64,000 nt of DNA. Origin: Octopus vulgaris (Eukaryota). Shown here in pieces: positions 1-47,862 of this stretch. The translations under genes were made by a program, and so were the position numbers. Below the pieces are notes generated by a model. That model searched no databases and was not told where the DNA came from. It worked only from the letters and a program-made list of their open reading frames with translations. Positions within the stretch are counted from its first letter, which is position 1; each line of letters begins with the position of its first letter. The stretch lies in the NCBI GenBank assembly GCA_951406725.2, contig OX597820.1:61566001-61630000 (forward strand), written 5' to 3'.

Positions 1-313
1 ATCTAGATGGAAAAATGTTTATCTTTCTTATATTTTAAAAATCTAAGTGATGTTTCTCTCAAAATTCAATTGTGTTATATGTATTTGATTAGTTTTGTGT
101 TTAGGAATATATAAGTTTATAAGAAAGGGTAATTTTTAAATTATAGAAAATGATTATTATTTGTAGTCCAAATAGCATAGTAGTGGAAAGAAATTACCTT
201 GTGTAGGTTAAGAGTTAAATTATTGCTACTTATTTTATTTTTATACTTAAAAAATTGTTTTTTATTCTTCGAGTTCTGTTGTATTTCATTTATTTTTCCT
301 TAATTTATTTTAG

Positions 314-33825
<33,512 letters not shown>

Positions 33826-33939
33826 AAAAAAAGAAAAAATACAATTTTATAAAATTTTTCCTATCTATAAATTTCAGCTCTGAAATTTGGTTAAAGAATT
33901 TTTTCAACTCTAATTTTTATAATAATTCTTTTGATATGA

Positions 33940-33945
33940 AATAAA
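33940..33945 (+). terminator. Candidate PFAS polyadenylation signal
   Basis: AATAAA about 115 nt after the stop, followed by a T-rich tract; a second AATAAA overlaps the stop codon. Confidence 0.45.
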
Positions 33946-34079
33946 GCAATAATACTTTACTTTGATATATTATTCAGTCTTATTGATTTCCTACATTTTT
34001 TCTTACGACATTACTTATGTAATGCTGATATATCTACTACTCCAAACACGGCTGCTGTGTTTATCATTGTTATTAATTA

Positions 34080-34568
34080 CAGTGATCCCTTGCTACTTCA
34101 CGGTTCAACTATCGCAGATTCATGACTTCGTGGATTTATAAAATATATATGAATGCCCAAAATTTTTTATTAAATCCATTAAAATATTAATAATAAATAT
34201 TATTTCCTAGTCTAGGAACAACAAAACAAGCGTAAAATAGCAAAAAAGCATATACAGGGGTATTTGAACTTAAGACGGGCTGTGATTGGTGCAATGGAGA
34301 GAGACGACGAATCTCAGCTTTCTATTTTGTAATCTGGCCTAACAGTAACAATCTTTATTTTTTAAAATCTAAAGTGTTATTGCTTAACAGTTGTCCTTGT
34401 TATTAACAGACTACTGTAATGGGTGGGTTGTTAACAGTACAGGGAAGATTTTAAAAGTCCAAATACATGTTAAATAAATACTGTAAATATGGTGTCCCTA
34501 CTTTGCAGAAATTCAGTTATCGCGGCCGGCCTCGGAACCAATCTACCACGATAAACGAGGGATCACTG
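34080..34568. mobile_element. pogo/Tigger-like MITE
   Basis: TA-CAGTGATCCCT ... AGGGATCACTG-TA; non-coding interior. Confidence 0.85.
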
Positions 34569-35010
34569 TAGTTTCACTCACCTTATATTCATAAATTTTT
34601 TATATTGCAGTTAGTGAAATAGTGTCATAGATTGCACTATTACAATATGCTAATATGATGATAAGAGTGATAAGGGAGTATCTGTAACCCAGTGTAGCAC
34701 AAATACCTTAAGACACTTTGTTCATAAAGAATTGTCTGTTCAGCTTTCATAATAATGTTTAGTTTTATGACTTTCACCAATATACATGAACAAAAAGATA
34801 TACTGTATATACTGGCATACAGGACGGAATCTGACCTTGAAAAAAAAATCACCTCAAAACTAGGGGTCATCTTATATACCCCGTATAAATCTGAACCTTA
34901 ACTTCCTGTGGTTTAGAGTAACACTAATGTCAATGTAAAATAACTGATGCCTAAGGAACGTCACTACAGCCAGGTATGTTTGATGTGTATTATAGTAGGT
35001 AATTAATTAA

Positions 35011-35240
35011 GGCGGCGAGCTGGCAGAACTGTTAGCATGCCGGGCGAAATGCGTAGCCGTATTTCGTCTGCCGGTACGTTCTGAGTTCAAATTCCGCCGA
35101 GGTCGACTTTGCCTTTCATCCTTTCGGGGTCGATAAATTAAGTACCAGTTATGCACTGGGGTCGATGTAATCGACTTAATTCGTTTGTCTGTCCTTGTTT
35201 GTCCCCCCTATGTTTAGCCCCTTGTGGGTAATAAAGAAAC
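35011..35240 (+). mobile_element. SINE family B; other copies at 5750-5985 (+), 38870-39080 (+), 28890-29110 (-), 17270-17410 (-) and 19430-19598 (-)
   Basis: GGCGGCGAGCTGGCAGAA..GAGTTCAAATTCC..GCCTTTCATCCTTTCGGGGTCGATAAATTAAGTACC. Confidence 0.85.
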
Positions 35241-36104
35241 ATATAGTAGGTAATTTACAATATTTGGCCACTTTTTGAGAAGAACTGGATATACTAAATC
35301 AGACTGGAGTCTGGTGCAGTCTTCCAGCTTACCAGCCCTGGTCAAACCATCCAATCCATGCCAGCATGGACAACGGACATTAAACGATGATGATACACTT
35401 TTGGTCAAAAAAGTCCTGTACACTATCCATATGCCTGACATAATTTAATTTCAACTTTAAAAATTATGGGAAAAGAATTACGTCAGAATTTAAAATCCAC
35501 TTAAAAAGAATTTATTTTTCTTACGAAATGCTGAAACAGTCTGGAAACTGTAAAATATCACTACCTTTAAAAAAGTGACCAAACTATACACAAATGTATT
35601 CGTGCAGGAGGGAAGCCATACTACTGTGATATCTGGTAAATCCCTCTTTTAAACATGTCACTTAACTAGACATTAACATATTCATTCAAGAAAGAAGATA
35701 TATAACTGAGATGTCTAGTAAATAATTATTCCGAAGTGCTGTCTGATCTACTTGCAAACGTATTTATACAAAGCCGTATCGCTATCATATATATGTGGCA
35801 AATTTCTCTTTCTAATGAGTGATTTAACAACTGACAAGCATATTCATACAGGAGAGCAGGCATAACAATCTGATATTTGATCACTCATTCTCAACAACAT
35901 ATCACTATTTAAGTACATTATGTAACCAGTGATCACAGAGAGAAACTGAAACTTATTTACTTTTCATGATTTCGGATTTAATTTTTTTCCCGATTTATTT
36001 ACAGTTTTTAGGGAACTATGTGCAGTACGTCAGTTACGACATGCAGATACATACGCACACATGCTTGCATGCATGCATACATACATACATGCAGATCTAC
36101 AGGT

Positions 36105-36200
36105 TATGTCCTAAGGTCTACAACAGCAAGTGACATTCATGTAACCCATAACTTTTTTGTGGACGATCTAAAGATCTATACTCGAAATATTTATTGTGCA
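36105..36200 (+). mobile_element. Short reverse-transcriptase fragment
   Basis: VTHNFFVDDLKIY resembles the xxDD catalytic motif of non-LTR reverse transcriptases. Confidence 0.55.
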
Positions 36201-37349
36201 TCACTCACTCCTAAATAAGCCTTATCTACCTTTCTATAACAATGTAACAAACATGGTTATTGACTAGAAATAAATAAATCTCATTCTGAATCAGAAATTA
36301 AACGTATGCCACGAGTTTTTCACCGAACTTTTGGTTTTCAGCCTGAGATTGTACTTGGTTACTTAGTTGAACAATTCTGCTTCCAGTCATACTTTATGGA
36401 GGCTCATATAAATGTCTGTAACAAAGATACTTTTTTTTTTTTACATAAAACAAACTCAAAGAGCTGGTGGTTGTGGTGAGTATGTTATTATCTGATTGTA
36501 AGGAGTAAATCTGGCACATATCACTTTCAGACGGCTTTAAAACATAAGTATTAAATATATTGAAATTATCGTTCCGTATTTTTTACTTTGATGAAATTAA
36601 GCTACATTAAGATATTTTTCTGTTCTTGTGGTTATCCAGTTTATGAACATCCCAAACATTTCTGTTCGAAATATATAAAATAACAAAAGTTGGCTTCCAG
36701 TATGGTAAGTTCAAAAGTTGACTAGAAAGAATACCATGTTGAATCTTCAAAATTTACACATAGAAAGTGAAGATTATATTCTTTTGATTACTACTGTACT
36801 TTAAGACTCATCGCACTCTTCTATTCGTGGATAGCTTCACAAATGAGTGGCTATTTTCTTTATATGAGGTGGTGCTGAAAAGTTCTTAGAATTAAGGTTG
36901 TCGCGATAGTCCTGATTGGAGGTCCAACCTTCTGGGTTCTTTTACAGGGTTTAAAAAAACTGAAGGACTGCTGCAGTAGGTGTGTACATCTGAGAGGAGA
37001 ATATGTTGAATAAAATCATAATTAATTGATCTTCCTGTATTTTCTTTTACTTATAACCAAGAAATCTTCAGCAAATTGTTTTGGCATTATTTTCCTGGCT
37101 TTTGTGCTCAGAGTTTAAATTGACAATCCTTGCTATGAAGGGAGGACGTCATTCATTCACTCCAAAATTCTGCTGAGCTAAGTTTTAACTTTCATCCTTT
37201 CGACGTCTGCAAAATAAAACACCGATTCAAGGTGCAGGATTGGCAGAATTGTTAGTATCAACTTCTTTCGGCTGTCTTGCGTTTCGAGATATTTGGTCGC
37301 TTGGGTCCACACTGCCACCTGGTTTTTGAATGATGCATTGGCAGAATTC

Positions 37350-37740
37350 GGATCTTTTCGGTTTGAACGGCAGTTTTTAACACAATTTCTAGGTAACTAA
37401 AAAATTTTAAACTTCGTATACTGGTAGAATGTGTTTATAAAACATCTTTTTCTCTTGGCTTTATTGAGAAAATTCTATAGTTTGTAAGACATTTGGTCTT
37501 TAATTTCTTCAATTTCTGCAATTTCAACCAATCACTGGCGTCTATTGAGTTAAAAAGCATTCTGTGCCGTATGAATATGTCCCTCGTTTAAGAAACACAT
37601 TGGGTTTATTTACATTTGTGAAGAAAAAATAGATACCCTAACCCTAAAAGAGATTGAAATGCAATAGATCGATTCTAGGGTCATAATTATGGGTGACAAT
37701 TTCATATGATACCGCTAGAAAAACGGCAGTTTTTTTCTAG
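37350..37740. mobile_element. Third member of the GGATC-ended family, right end incomplete
   Basis: Begins GGATCTTTTC and shares TAACTAAA..AAACTTCGTATACTGGTAGAATGTGT with the 46263 element; CCCTAACCCTAA inside. Confidence 0.7.
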
Positions 37741-38347
37741 CTTTTAAGCACATCTAGTTTAAAGCACATCCTTCATAACTTTTCTATTTTTTGGAATTTG
37801 AATCCTACACCCGGAAATTCATACAATTTCATCCTTCTTTCACTAATTGATAGAAAAACAAAACAAAACAAAACAAAAACAAGGAACTTGCCATTGTCAT
37901 TTTTAATTAAAGTACTCTTTCAGAAAACACGTGTTTATTTTGTGAAATAAATTTCCAGAAGGGAGTAAAGATGTTATTGATGTTTAGCTAGTATGAAGCA
38001 TGTCTCTGGCCCTTGTATTATTACAACTATTGTTTGTAACATAGTGTCAATATTTTCTTTGCTTCCAATTGCGACCTGGTCACTGATAACGCTGAGATGC
38101 AGTTTGGAACGACGAAAATTCGACACCATATTAGAAACAATCAGTAGCGTACGGTGGTTGTTTTATTAAGGGGTGCAGCCACACCCAATGCCGCCAAATT
38201 TCAAGCAGAGGTATAAATAAAGTTTTCCATTAAGATTTGTGATTAAATTAATGAGTAAGATTAATATCTATAACGAATTTGCCATTTTCGATGAGTGTGC
38301 AGCACGCATCTAGCACACATGGAATATATGTCCCTGGAAATAATAAA

Positions 38348-38461
38348 TACTCTCTTTACTCTCTTTTACTTGTTTCAATCATTTGACTGTGGCCATGCTG
38401 GAGCACCACCTTTAGTCGAGCAAATCTACCCCAGGACTTATTCTTTGTAAGCCTAGTATTT

Positions 38462-38551
<90 letters not shown>

Positions 38552-38652
38552 GACGGGCTTCTTTCAGTTCCGTCTACCAAATCCAGTGGGACTGAACCCG
38601 GAACTATGTGGTTCGTAAGCAAGCTACTTGCCACACAGCCACTCCTACGCCT
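38348..38652 (-). mobile_element. SINE family A with internal deletions
   Basis: Head and tail present; middle segments missing. Confidence 0.8.
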
Positions 38653-40969
38653 GTTCAGGTGTTAACAGTTTTAGTGTGTTTCTGAATGGCTAATGTGTAA
38701 CATGTGTCTTCCACGCTGCGATCAATTCACTTTAAAGATTCATAGAAAAATATAGAAATGAAAATATTCTCTGCTTCTATTTAATCCTCTCTCTCCCTCT
38801 TATACCCACTCTTTCTCTGTAAGCCCAGAGTTATTTCCCCTCCTAGTTCATTGTCATTGTTTACATCGTCGAACTGGCAGAAACGTTAGCACACCGGGCA
38901 AAATGCTTAGCGGTATTTCGTCTGCCGTTACGTTCTGAGTTCAAATTCCGCCGAGGTTAACTTTGCCTTTCATCCTTTCGGGGTCGATAAATTAAGTACC
39001 AGTTTCGTACTGGAGGCGATATAATCGACTTAATCCCTTCGTCTGTCCTTGTTTGTCCCCTCTGTGTGTAATAAAGAAATATATTTGTATTTGATCCCTC
39101 TCACATTACAATCCTTTCTTCCGGTGGCAAAGCAATGTAGTTAACGAAAGGAAAGAAATAAACCTTATTCTGAATCATTTATTAAATGTATGTTACTTAT
39201 GAACTTTTCCTTCATTGTTATTGACTTTTGGTCAGAGATTGGACGTTGCTACTTACAAGGATAATTCCACTTTTGATTTCAACCACACACCAAACAAAAG
39301 GTGACTCATGTGTAAGTTGAATTTATCCGCGAAGAAAAACATTAAAAAATTTATATTAGTTCGAAGCTGATTATTCACTCCACCGCTACAAAAAGGTAAA
39401 ATAAACGTACCGTTATGTACTAATCAGACATTAATTAAGGTAATGTAAAAGTCTGTCACAGACACACTGATATTGCTTTGAGATTTTCTCATTACAAAAA
39501 GTCTAAGTTGTGTTGAGACTGCTGTTGGACATCAAATTTGATCACAATAACAGCATTTGACATGGAATATGTAAGTATTAAATATTATGTATTTTGATTT
39601 TACCTAAGTAAGGCGCCATTAAAGTTTGTTCAGTTAATATACATAAAATTACAAAATTTGAAACAAAATTTGGGTTTCACTTTCACTCTAGATGCACCCG
39701 AAAATCGCGACTCTTAGAAAATGGAAGTTTCGTTATTTTGAATATTACCGTTCTGTAAGGCGTTTACCATTATTTTATTTTAGTTCGGTAATGTTTTCTG
39801 CTTTCATTGTTGAATTCTTATGTTATCGTATTCCGATAAACGTAACTTAAAATATTTCGCCACTTATTCGTTTGTTATGACCACACCGTTTTTTTTAATT
39901 TTTTATAAATGGACTGCTTGTTTTATGTTTTGAACATGAGAGATTCAGAATTTAATAAGAACCCCCCCCCCCCTCACCCAAAGAAACGGATTAGAGTTTA
40001 AGGATTTACAACTGAGCATAATTTTGCTTGTAATAACTTATATGCCTTTCATCCTTTCGGGGGTGGGGGGGTGATAAATTAAGTACCAGTTGCGTACTGG
40101 AATCCATCTAATCGACTTGCCCCACCTCCCCAAAAATTTCGGGCCTTGTGCCTAGTGGAGAAAAGAATAACTTAGCCTCTTTGTTATTACTCCGTTTCCA
40201 TTTCATATGAATGAATATATTTTGTTTGCAAGTGTAATTACATCTTCATCCTTAATAAACAGAATCTGAAACATTATTTGTAAACCCTTATAGAACTAAT
40301 GTTTTGGAAAAAAAAGCAACAAGAAAAAAAAAAGCAGTGTATTTAGATACTTTAGATTCAAACAAAATATATTTATATACTGATGAGTATATAAGTCCTC
40401 TAACCCTAATTATTTTGTGATTTTAAAAAGAAAATTAAAATTTTATTTTTTGCACATTCTAGATATCTGGTGTCCATAAAACATAAAAATTGAAAGATGG
40501 TAAAAAAAAAAAAAATAAAAGAGAAAGAAACCTTACTAAAAAGGTATATTAAAAACGTTAGATTTGATTTTAAAATGTCCATACTAAGATGAAAAGGGTC
40601 AAAATTTTTAACCATGTCTTTGCTTTTCATGCTGGTAACAGATAATATCAATCATGATAGTGTCATTGAATTTCTGTTGCAAAAAAAAAAAATAAATAAT
40701 TATAATAAAGTAGCAGTTAGAATGGAATGAATTGGCCCCCTTACATTAAAGAAATCTAGTGAGCTTGAGTTCAATCCCTGAAGGAAGGACACATTGGGTA
40801 CTGATGCAGCCCTAGATATCAGAGTTGAATAAAAGACTGGATGGTCATAATGGCTTAGTTTGTAGCATGCTGGTAACAGATAATATGCAATCATGATAGT
40901 GTCATTGATTTGGAAGAAGAAGAATTTTATGCTTAACTGCTGAGTGGTTTATATACTATTGTGCACAAT

Positions 40970-41320
40970 AGCAGGAGTGTCTGTGTGGTAAGAAGCTTGC
41001 TTACCAACCACATGGTTCCGGGTTCAGTCCCGCTGCGTGGCACCTTGGGCAAGTGTCTTCTACTATAGCCTCAGGCCGACCAAAGCCTTGTGAGTGGATT
41101 TGGTAGATGGAAACTGAAAGAAGCCCGTCGTATATATGTATATATATGTGTGCGTGTATGTGTGTCTGTGTTCGTCCCCCTAGCATTGCTTGACAATCGG
41201 TACTGGTGTGTTTATGTCCCCGTCACTTAGCGGTTCAGCAAAAAGAGACCGATAGAATAAGTACTGGGCTTACAAAGAATAAGTCCCGGGGTCGGGTTGC
41301 TCGATTAAAAGTGGTGCTCC
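40970..41320 (+). mobile_element. SINE family A, tail-less, flanked by 27-bp direct repeats
   Basis: Family A body ending at GTGGTGCTCC. Confidence 0.85.
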
Positions 41321-41401
41321 TTAGTGGTTTATATACTATTGTGCACAATCTGAAGGTATAGCCATACTCTGTAAAAATGTAGATTTCACACAAGGTTTGT
41401 A

Positions 41402-41632
41402 TCTTTTATTTGTTTCAGTCATTGGACTGTGACTATGCTGTGGCACACCCTTGAAGGGTTTAGTTGAATAAATCTACCCCAGTACTTATATTCCATTTCA
41501 TTTATATAAGTTTGGTACTTATTCTACTGGTCTCTTTTGCTGAACTGTTAAGTTACAGGGATGTAAACAAACCAACACTGGTTGTCAAGCAGTACAGGGT
41601 GAAGGGAGGAAGGCAAACACAAAGGAGCACGT

Positions 41633-41709
<77 letters not shown>

Positions 41710-41835
41710 TACGTATACAACAGGCTACTCTCAGTTTCCATCTACCAAATTCTCTGCTTGGCCCAGAGATGGGCTGTAGTAGCAGATACTTGCCCAAGCT
41801 GCTGTGCTGTGAGATAACCTGAAACCATGTTGTAA
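41402..41835 (-). mobile_element. SINE family A, diverged
   Basis: Reverse-complement similarity with a (CA)n core. Confidence 0.75.
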
Positions 41836-41904
41836 AGTGAGTTTCTTAACCACCGAAATTCTGTTTTTCATGAAAAATGTTTATCTCTTCAGTTTATCAG
41901 CACT

Positions 41905-42317
41905 GGCATTGCTCTGTGGTAAGAAGTTTGCTTACCAACCACAAGGTTCCGAGTTCAGTCCCACTGCATGGCACCTTGGGCAAGTGTCTTCTGCTATAGC
42001 CTTGGGCCAACCAAAGCCTTGTGAGTGGATTTGGTAGACGGAAATTGAAAGAAGCCCGTCGTATATATATATCCATGTGTGTGTGTGTGTGTGTATATGT
42101 ATGTTTGTGTGTCTGTATTTGTTCTCCTCCTACCATTGCTTGACAACCTATGTTGGTGTGTTTACGTCCCCGTAACTTAGCAGTCCGGCAAAAGAGATTG
42201 ATAGAATAAGTACTAGGCCTACAAAGAATAAGTTCAGGGGTTGATTTTTTCCAACTAAAAGTGGTGCTCCAGCATGGCCACACTCAAATGACTGAAACAA
42301 GTAAAAGAATAAAAGAA
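41905..42317 (+). mobile_element. SINE family A
   Basis: Near full length. Confidence 0.85.
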
Positions 42318-43019
42318 CAACCCTTTCTCTTTATGTATCTTCTCTGTCTTACATTGTACCTTTATTATTTCAGGTTATCAGATAACATTGAAATAATATC
42401 ATTTTCTATTTCAGATAACTCAGCGATATTCATCAACCAATGAAGCTAAAGAAAAATATTATGCAGAATAGATAAAACCCAGTTTATATAAATCTATGGT
42501 TGAATTACTGTGAAATATTTCTTCTGAAATGAGATTGAAAGAAACATTTCTTTACTTTACTGTTTGTAATAGATAGAAGATAATTTTGCATTCTAATTAA
42601 ACATTTACATATTTATTATGTAAATATAACTGGTTTCTTTGCAAGAAATTTCTTGGGAGATATATCTTGGAAAATGAATCTATGTTGGTGTTAATTTTCT
42701 TTTTGGTTTCCTGTTACATGACAGGGTTCTGTTGTAATAATCTCCTGAATCAATCATCTCAAAAATGCTTGCATCCTAATAAATCATCTTTTATAAGACT
42801 GTTTGTAGTAGCTTCAGATATTACCACACATCACAGTTGATGGAATTATAGCTGGAGGATATCTGTCAAGTACAGTATATATATATATATATATATACAT
42901 ACATATGCACAAAACAAATTTATATATTGCAGTGGAAGAAGAAAAAAAAAAATGAAAATTGAATATTGTGAAAGCCTGAGTTATTTAAGGATTAAAAAAA
43001 GACTAATCATCTTGATGAG

Positions 43020-44393
<1,374 letters not shown>

Positions 44394-46262
44394 CAGTGTG
44401 ATAATTTTCTCATTCAAGAGAGAAGTCATATTAATATCATTTTTGTGGTGGATCATTCTCTCAAATCATTTTAACATAAACATATTCATACATTAGAGTA
44501 ACCATATCACTCTTATGTCTAGGTTCATTGTATATTCATTAAAGTAAAATTATTATGATTAAATTACATTGCTTGTAATTTTGTTGCCCAGAAATTTCTT
44601 TGCAGCCAATAGATCTTCAGATATATTCATCATGGCAAATACATCATTGCCAAACTTGTAATGCTTTTTACCTATGTTACAAATACATTGCTAAATGGTA
44701 GAAGCAGCTGAGAAGAGTTCCAATTGGATCTGGTGAAGTAGGAATGGAGATGAATTTCAAAAAGAGTAATATACCTTCTGGCTAAACTGGTTACAACAGA
44801 CAAGGTACATTGGCTCTGGGGCACCTTAAGTGTTCAGAGGATTGTATTACAAACAGTAGCACAAAATATGGAAGCACAGTTATTCATGAGTTATGACCTG
44901 GACACTGCCTAGCCTTCTCAGAGCATAAGGAGTTAAAGGGTCTCTGAAGACCAGTTGCCAAATAAGTACAACACATTTCAAGAATAGCAGTTCAAGGACA
45001 AAAATTCCATCCTATAATTTGAAAATTTTTAGAAATCTTGAGAAAGGAACAGTGAAGAAATAAAGTAAGAATCAAAGTATGTTATGAGCACAAACAATTC
45101 TCATTATATAAAGAGAGTACAACTAGAATTCCAAGCATTGTCAATGAATCACAATATTGCAGGACACTAGAATATCTTAGAGACAGTGCTCATAATTTAT
45201 CTTAATAGTTCAATTTTAACTGTTCTTATTTTCATTTTTGGATTCTATTCTTAAAAGAAAATTAATTTTGTTTTATGTATACTTGATATTTTGTCATTAA
45301 ATTTCTTTTTCAATTTTAAAATGTATTGTATTTATGGTGCAAATAGATTTTTATACAATGTCTAACATTGTCTTTTAGTGTGCAGATAGAAAAAGAAAAG
45401 TAACTTTTCTTCTTTATATCACATCCGGATATTTCTATTTGGACTCACGTGTTTGTAAGAAATGATGCTGTCAAGGGACTGCTTACACCTCCCTACACTG
45501 GACCCTATCGCGTTCTTAGAAGCAAACCGAAACTTTTCACTGTGGACATTCACGGAGAAAAGAGATTGTCTCTATTGACAGAGTAAAAAAAGGCCTTTTC
45601 CGAAACGTTTTACGCCACTTGCTGACACACTCGTCATTCCAGAAACACTGTCCCACCTCAATCACCACCTCCACTCACCAAAACACCGACTACACAAACG
45701 CATTCTTCACCTTACAGGACACGTTCTGGCAGATCGGTTCACTGGACGAAGGAATTGTCTCAGACTATTTACATTTCTTAACTTTGCCTCGCCAGTGACT
45801 ATTCCGGAGATTAGACTTATGTTGTTATAGACACCGCATTCATATTTTCTCTCACTCTGTATTATTGTACATTAATATTTTGTTCTATTTGATTGGACAC
45901 CTTTTTTTGCTGAACTTTTTCCTTGTACATGCTTGCATTGTATTTTTTTTTTCAATTGTTCATACATCTGTTTTGCCATAGTTCATTCTTCTGTGTCCTC
46001 CTAGCGCATACCTACTCCGCCTACATCACTCTTATTCGACCGCTTGGCGCAGTTACCTCCCCTGACGGCGGCTGCATAATTAGTTGGACAATAGAGGGCA
46101 TACGCAACATTAAGGTTCTGAGACTCACCTCCTCCTCTTTTGGCATCTTGATGTCGTAGAGAGAAGACGTGATCTATTAGGCTCACACACACCACACGTC
46201 AGCTAGCAGACAGAAGGCAATGCACAGGAGAAGATCATGGCCTCCACGCATCAAACCATTTC

Positions 46263-46487
46263 GGATCTTTTCCTTTTGATGGACGGAATTTTCTAGTTAA
46301 CTAAACAATTTGAAACTTCGTATACTGGTAGAATGTGTCAAAAGAAAACATTATTGTAAACAAAATTGTAATTTGTAAGTTTAATGTAGTTTAATTCTTC
46401 GAATTTTAACCAATGAAATGCCAGCATTTGAGCTGAAATCATTTGCTGCGTTATCGATATTGAAAACAAACGAGCAGACGCAGGCCG

Positions 46488-46542
<55 letters not shown>

Positions 46543-47357
46543 TCAGATACATACACACGTACACTTGCACACACGCAAACACACACTCTGTCACTCTCTC
46601 TCTCTCTCTCTCAAACACATGCATATACATTTGCACAAGCACATAGTAATTAATATATAAGCGTACACACACATGCAAACGGAGATATACACATACACAC
46701 ACAAGCATACATACACGTTCGTGAGTTCGCACTGGTGTCGATAGAATCGACTTAATACTTTTGTATCTCATGCTTTGTCCCCTCTGTGTTTTGTCCCTTG
46801 CCGCAACAAATTTACACAAAAGGTAAATAAACCAGAAGTGTGTGTGTGTGGGGTCAATGTTTCATCGTTTCCGGGTCGATAAATTAAGTACCAATTACGC
46901 ACTGGTGTCGAGGATGTTTTTTCCAATTTATCTCACAGCCTCTGACAAGCTGGGGCATCCTTTTATGAAAAAATATTTTTCGGTAAAAAAAAATAAAGAA
47001 AATATTCAAAAAATATCGTTAATATTTTTATTGGGCGACGAAATTCATCGATTTAAGAGATATAGCTGTTACTTCTAGCACATGCAGAAGACAGAAGAGA
47101 AGGATGAATAACACGTGTGTGTGTATGTGTGCTGTTAACGTTCAACAGGATATTGTCTGAGTTTTTAGACGCAGCAAATGATTTTAGCTCAAATGCTGGC
47201 ATTTCATTGGTTAAAATTCGAAGAATTAAACTACGTTAAACTTACAAATTACAATTTTGTTTACAATAATGTTTTCTTTTGACACATTCTACCTGTATAC
47301 GAAGTTTCAAATTGTTTTGTTAACTAGAAAATTCCGTCCATCAAAAGGAAAAGATCC
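46263..47357. mobile_element. Non-autonomous DNA transposon with about 190-bp TIRs and 8-bp TSD
   Basis: 46263-46451 is a near-perfect reverse complement of 47169-47357; ACCATTTC at 46255-46262 and 47358-47365. Confidence 0.9.
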
Positions 47358-47475
47358 ACCATTTCCATTTATTATTCAGCTTGAATATACACGTGTGGCC
47401 ACATTAAAGGTATTTAAAGTTACGACCTTGTTCCATGTATTTCTTTATACCGTGTTCCTGTCAAATGATAATGAG

Positions 47476-47862
47476 GAGGAAGCACTCCGTCGGTTTCGAC
47501 GACGAGGGTTCCGGTTGATCCGAATCAACGGAATAGCCTGCTCGTGAAATTAACGTGTAAGTGGCTGAGCACTCCACAGACACGTGCACCCTTAACGTAG
47601 TTCTCGGGGATATTCAGCGTGACACAGAGAGTGACAAGGCCGGCCCCTTGAAATACAGGTACAACAGAAACGGGAAGTAAGAGTGAGAGAAAGTTGTGGT
47701 GAAAGAGTACAGCAGGGATCACCACCATCCCCTGCCGGAGCCTCGTGGAGCTTTTAGGTATTTTCGCTCAATAAACACTCACAACGCCCGGTCTGGGAAT
47801 CGAAACCGCGATCTTATGACCGCGAGTCCGCTGCCCTAACCACTGGGCCATTGCGCCTCCAC
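47476..47862 (-). mobile_element. SINE family D; the same head occurs at 13383-13682 (-) and 21995-22297 (-)
   Basis: Minus-strand head GGAGGCGCAATGGCCCAGTGGTTAGGGCAGCGGACTCGCGG..GGTTTCGATTCCC, tRNA-like. Confidence 0.85.

Noticed and set aside
47770-47862. tRNA-like sequences here and at 3853, 22460-22546 and 59081
   Set aside because: They are SINE heads that run on into repeat bodies; I could not build a full cloverleaf.
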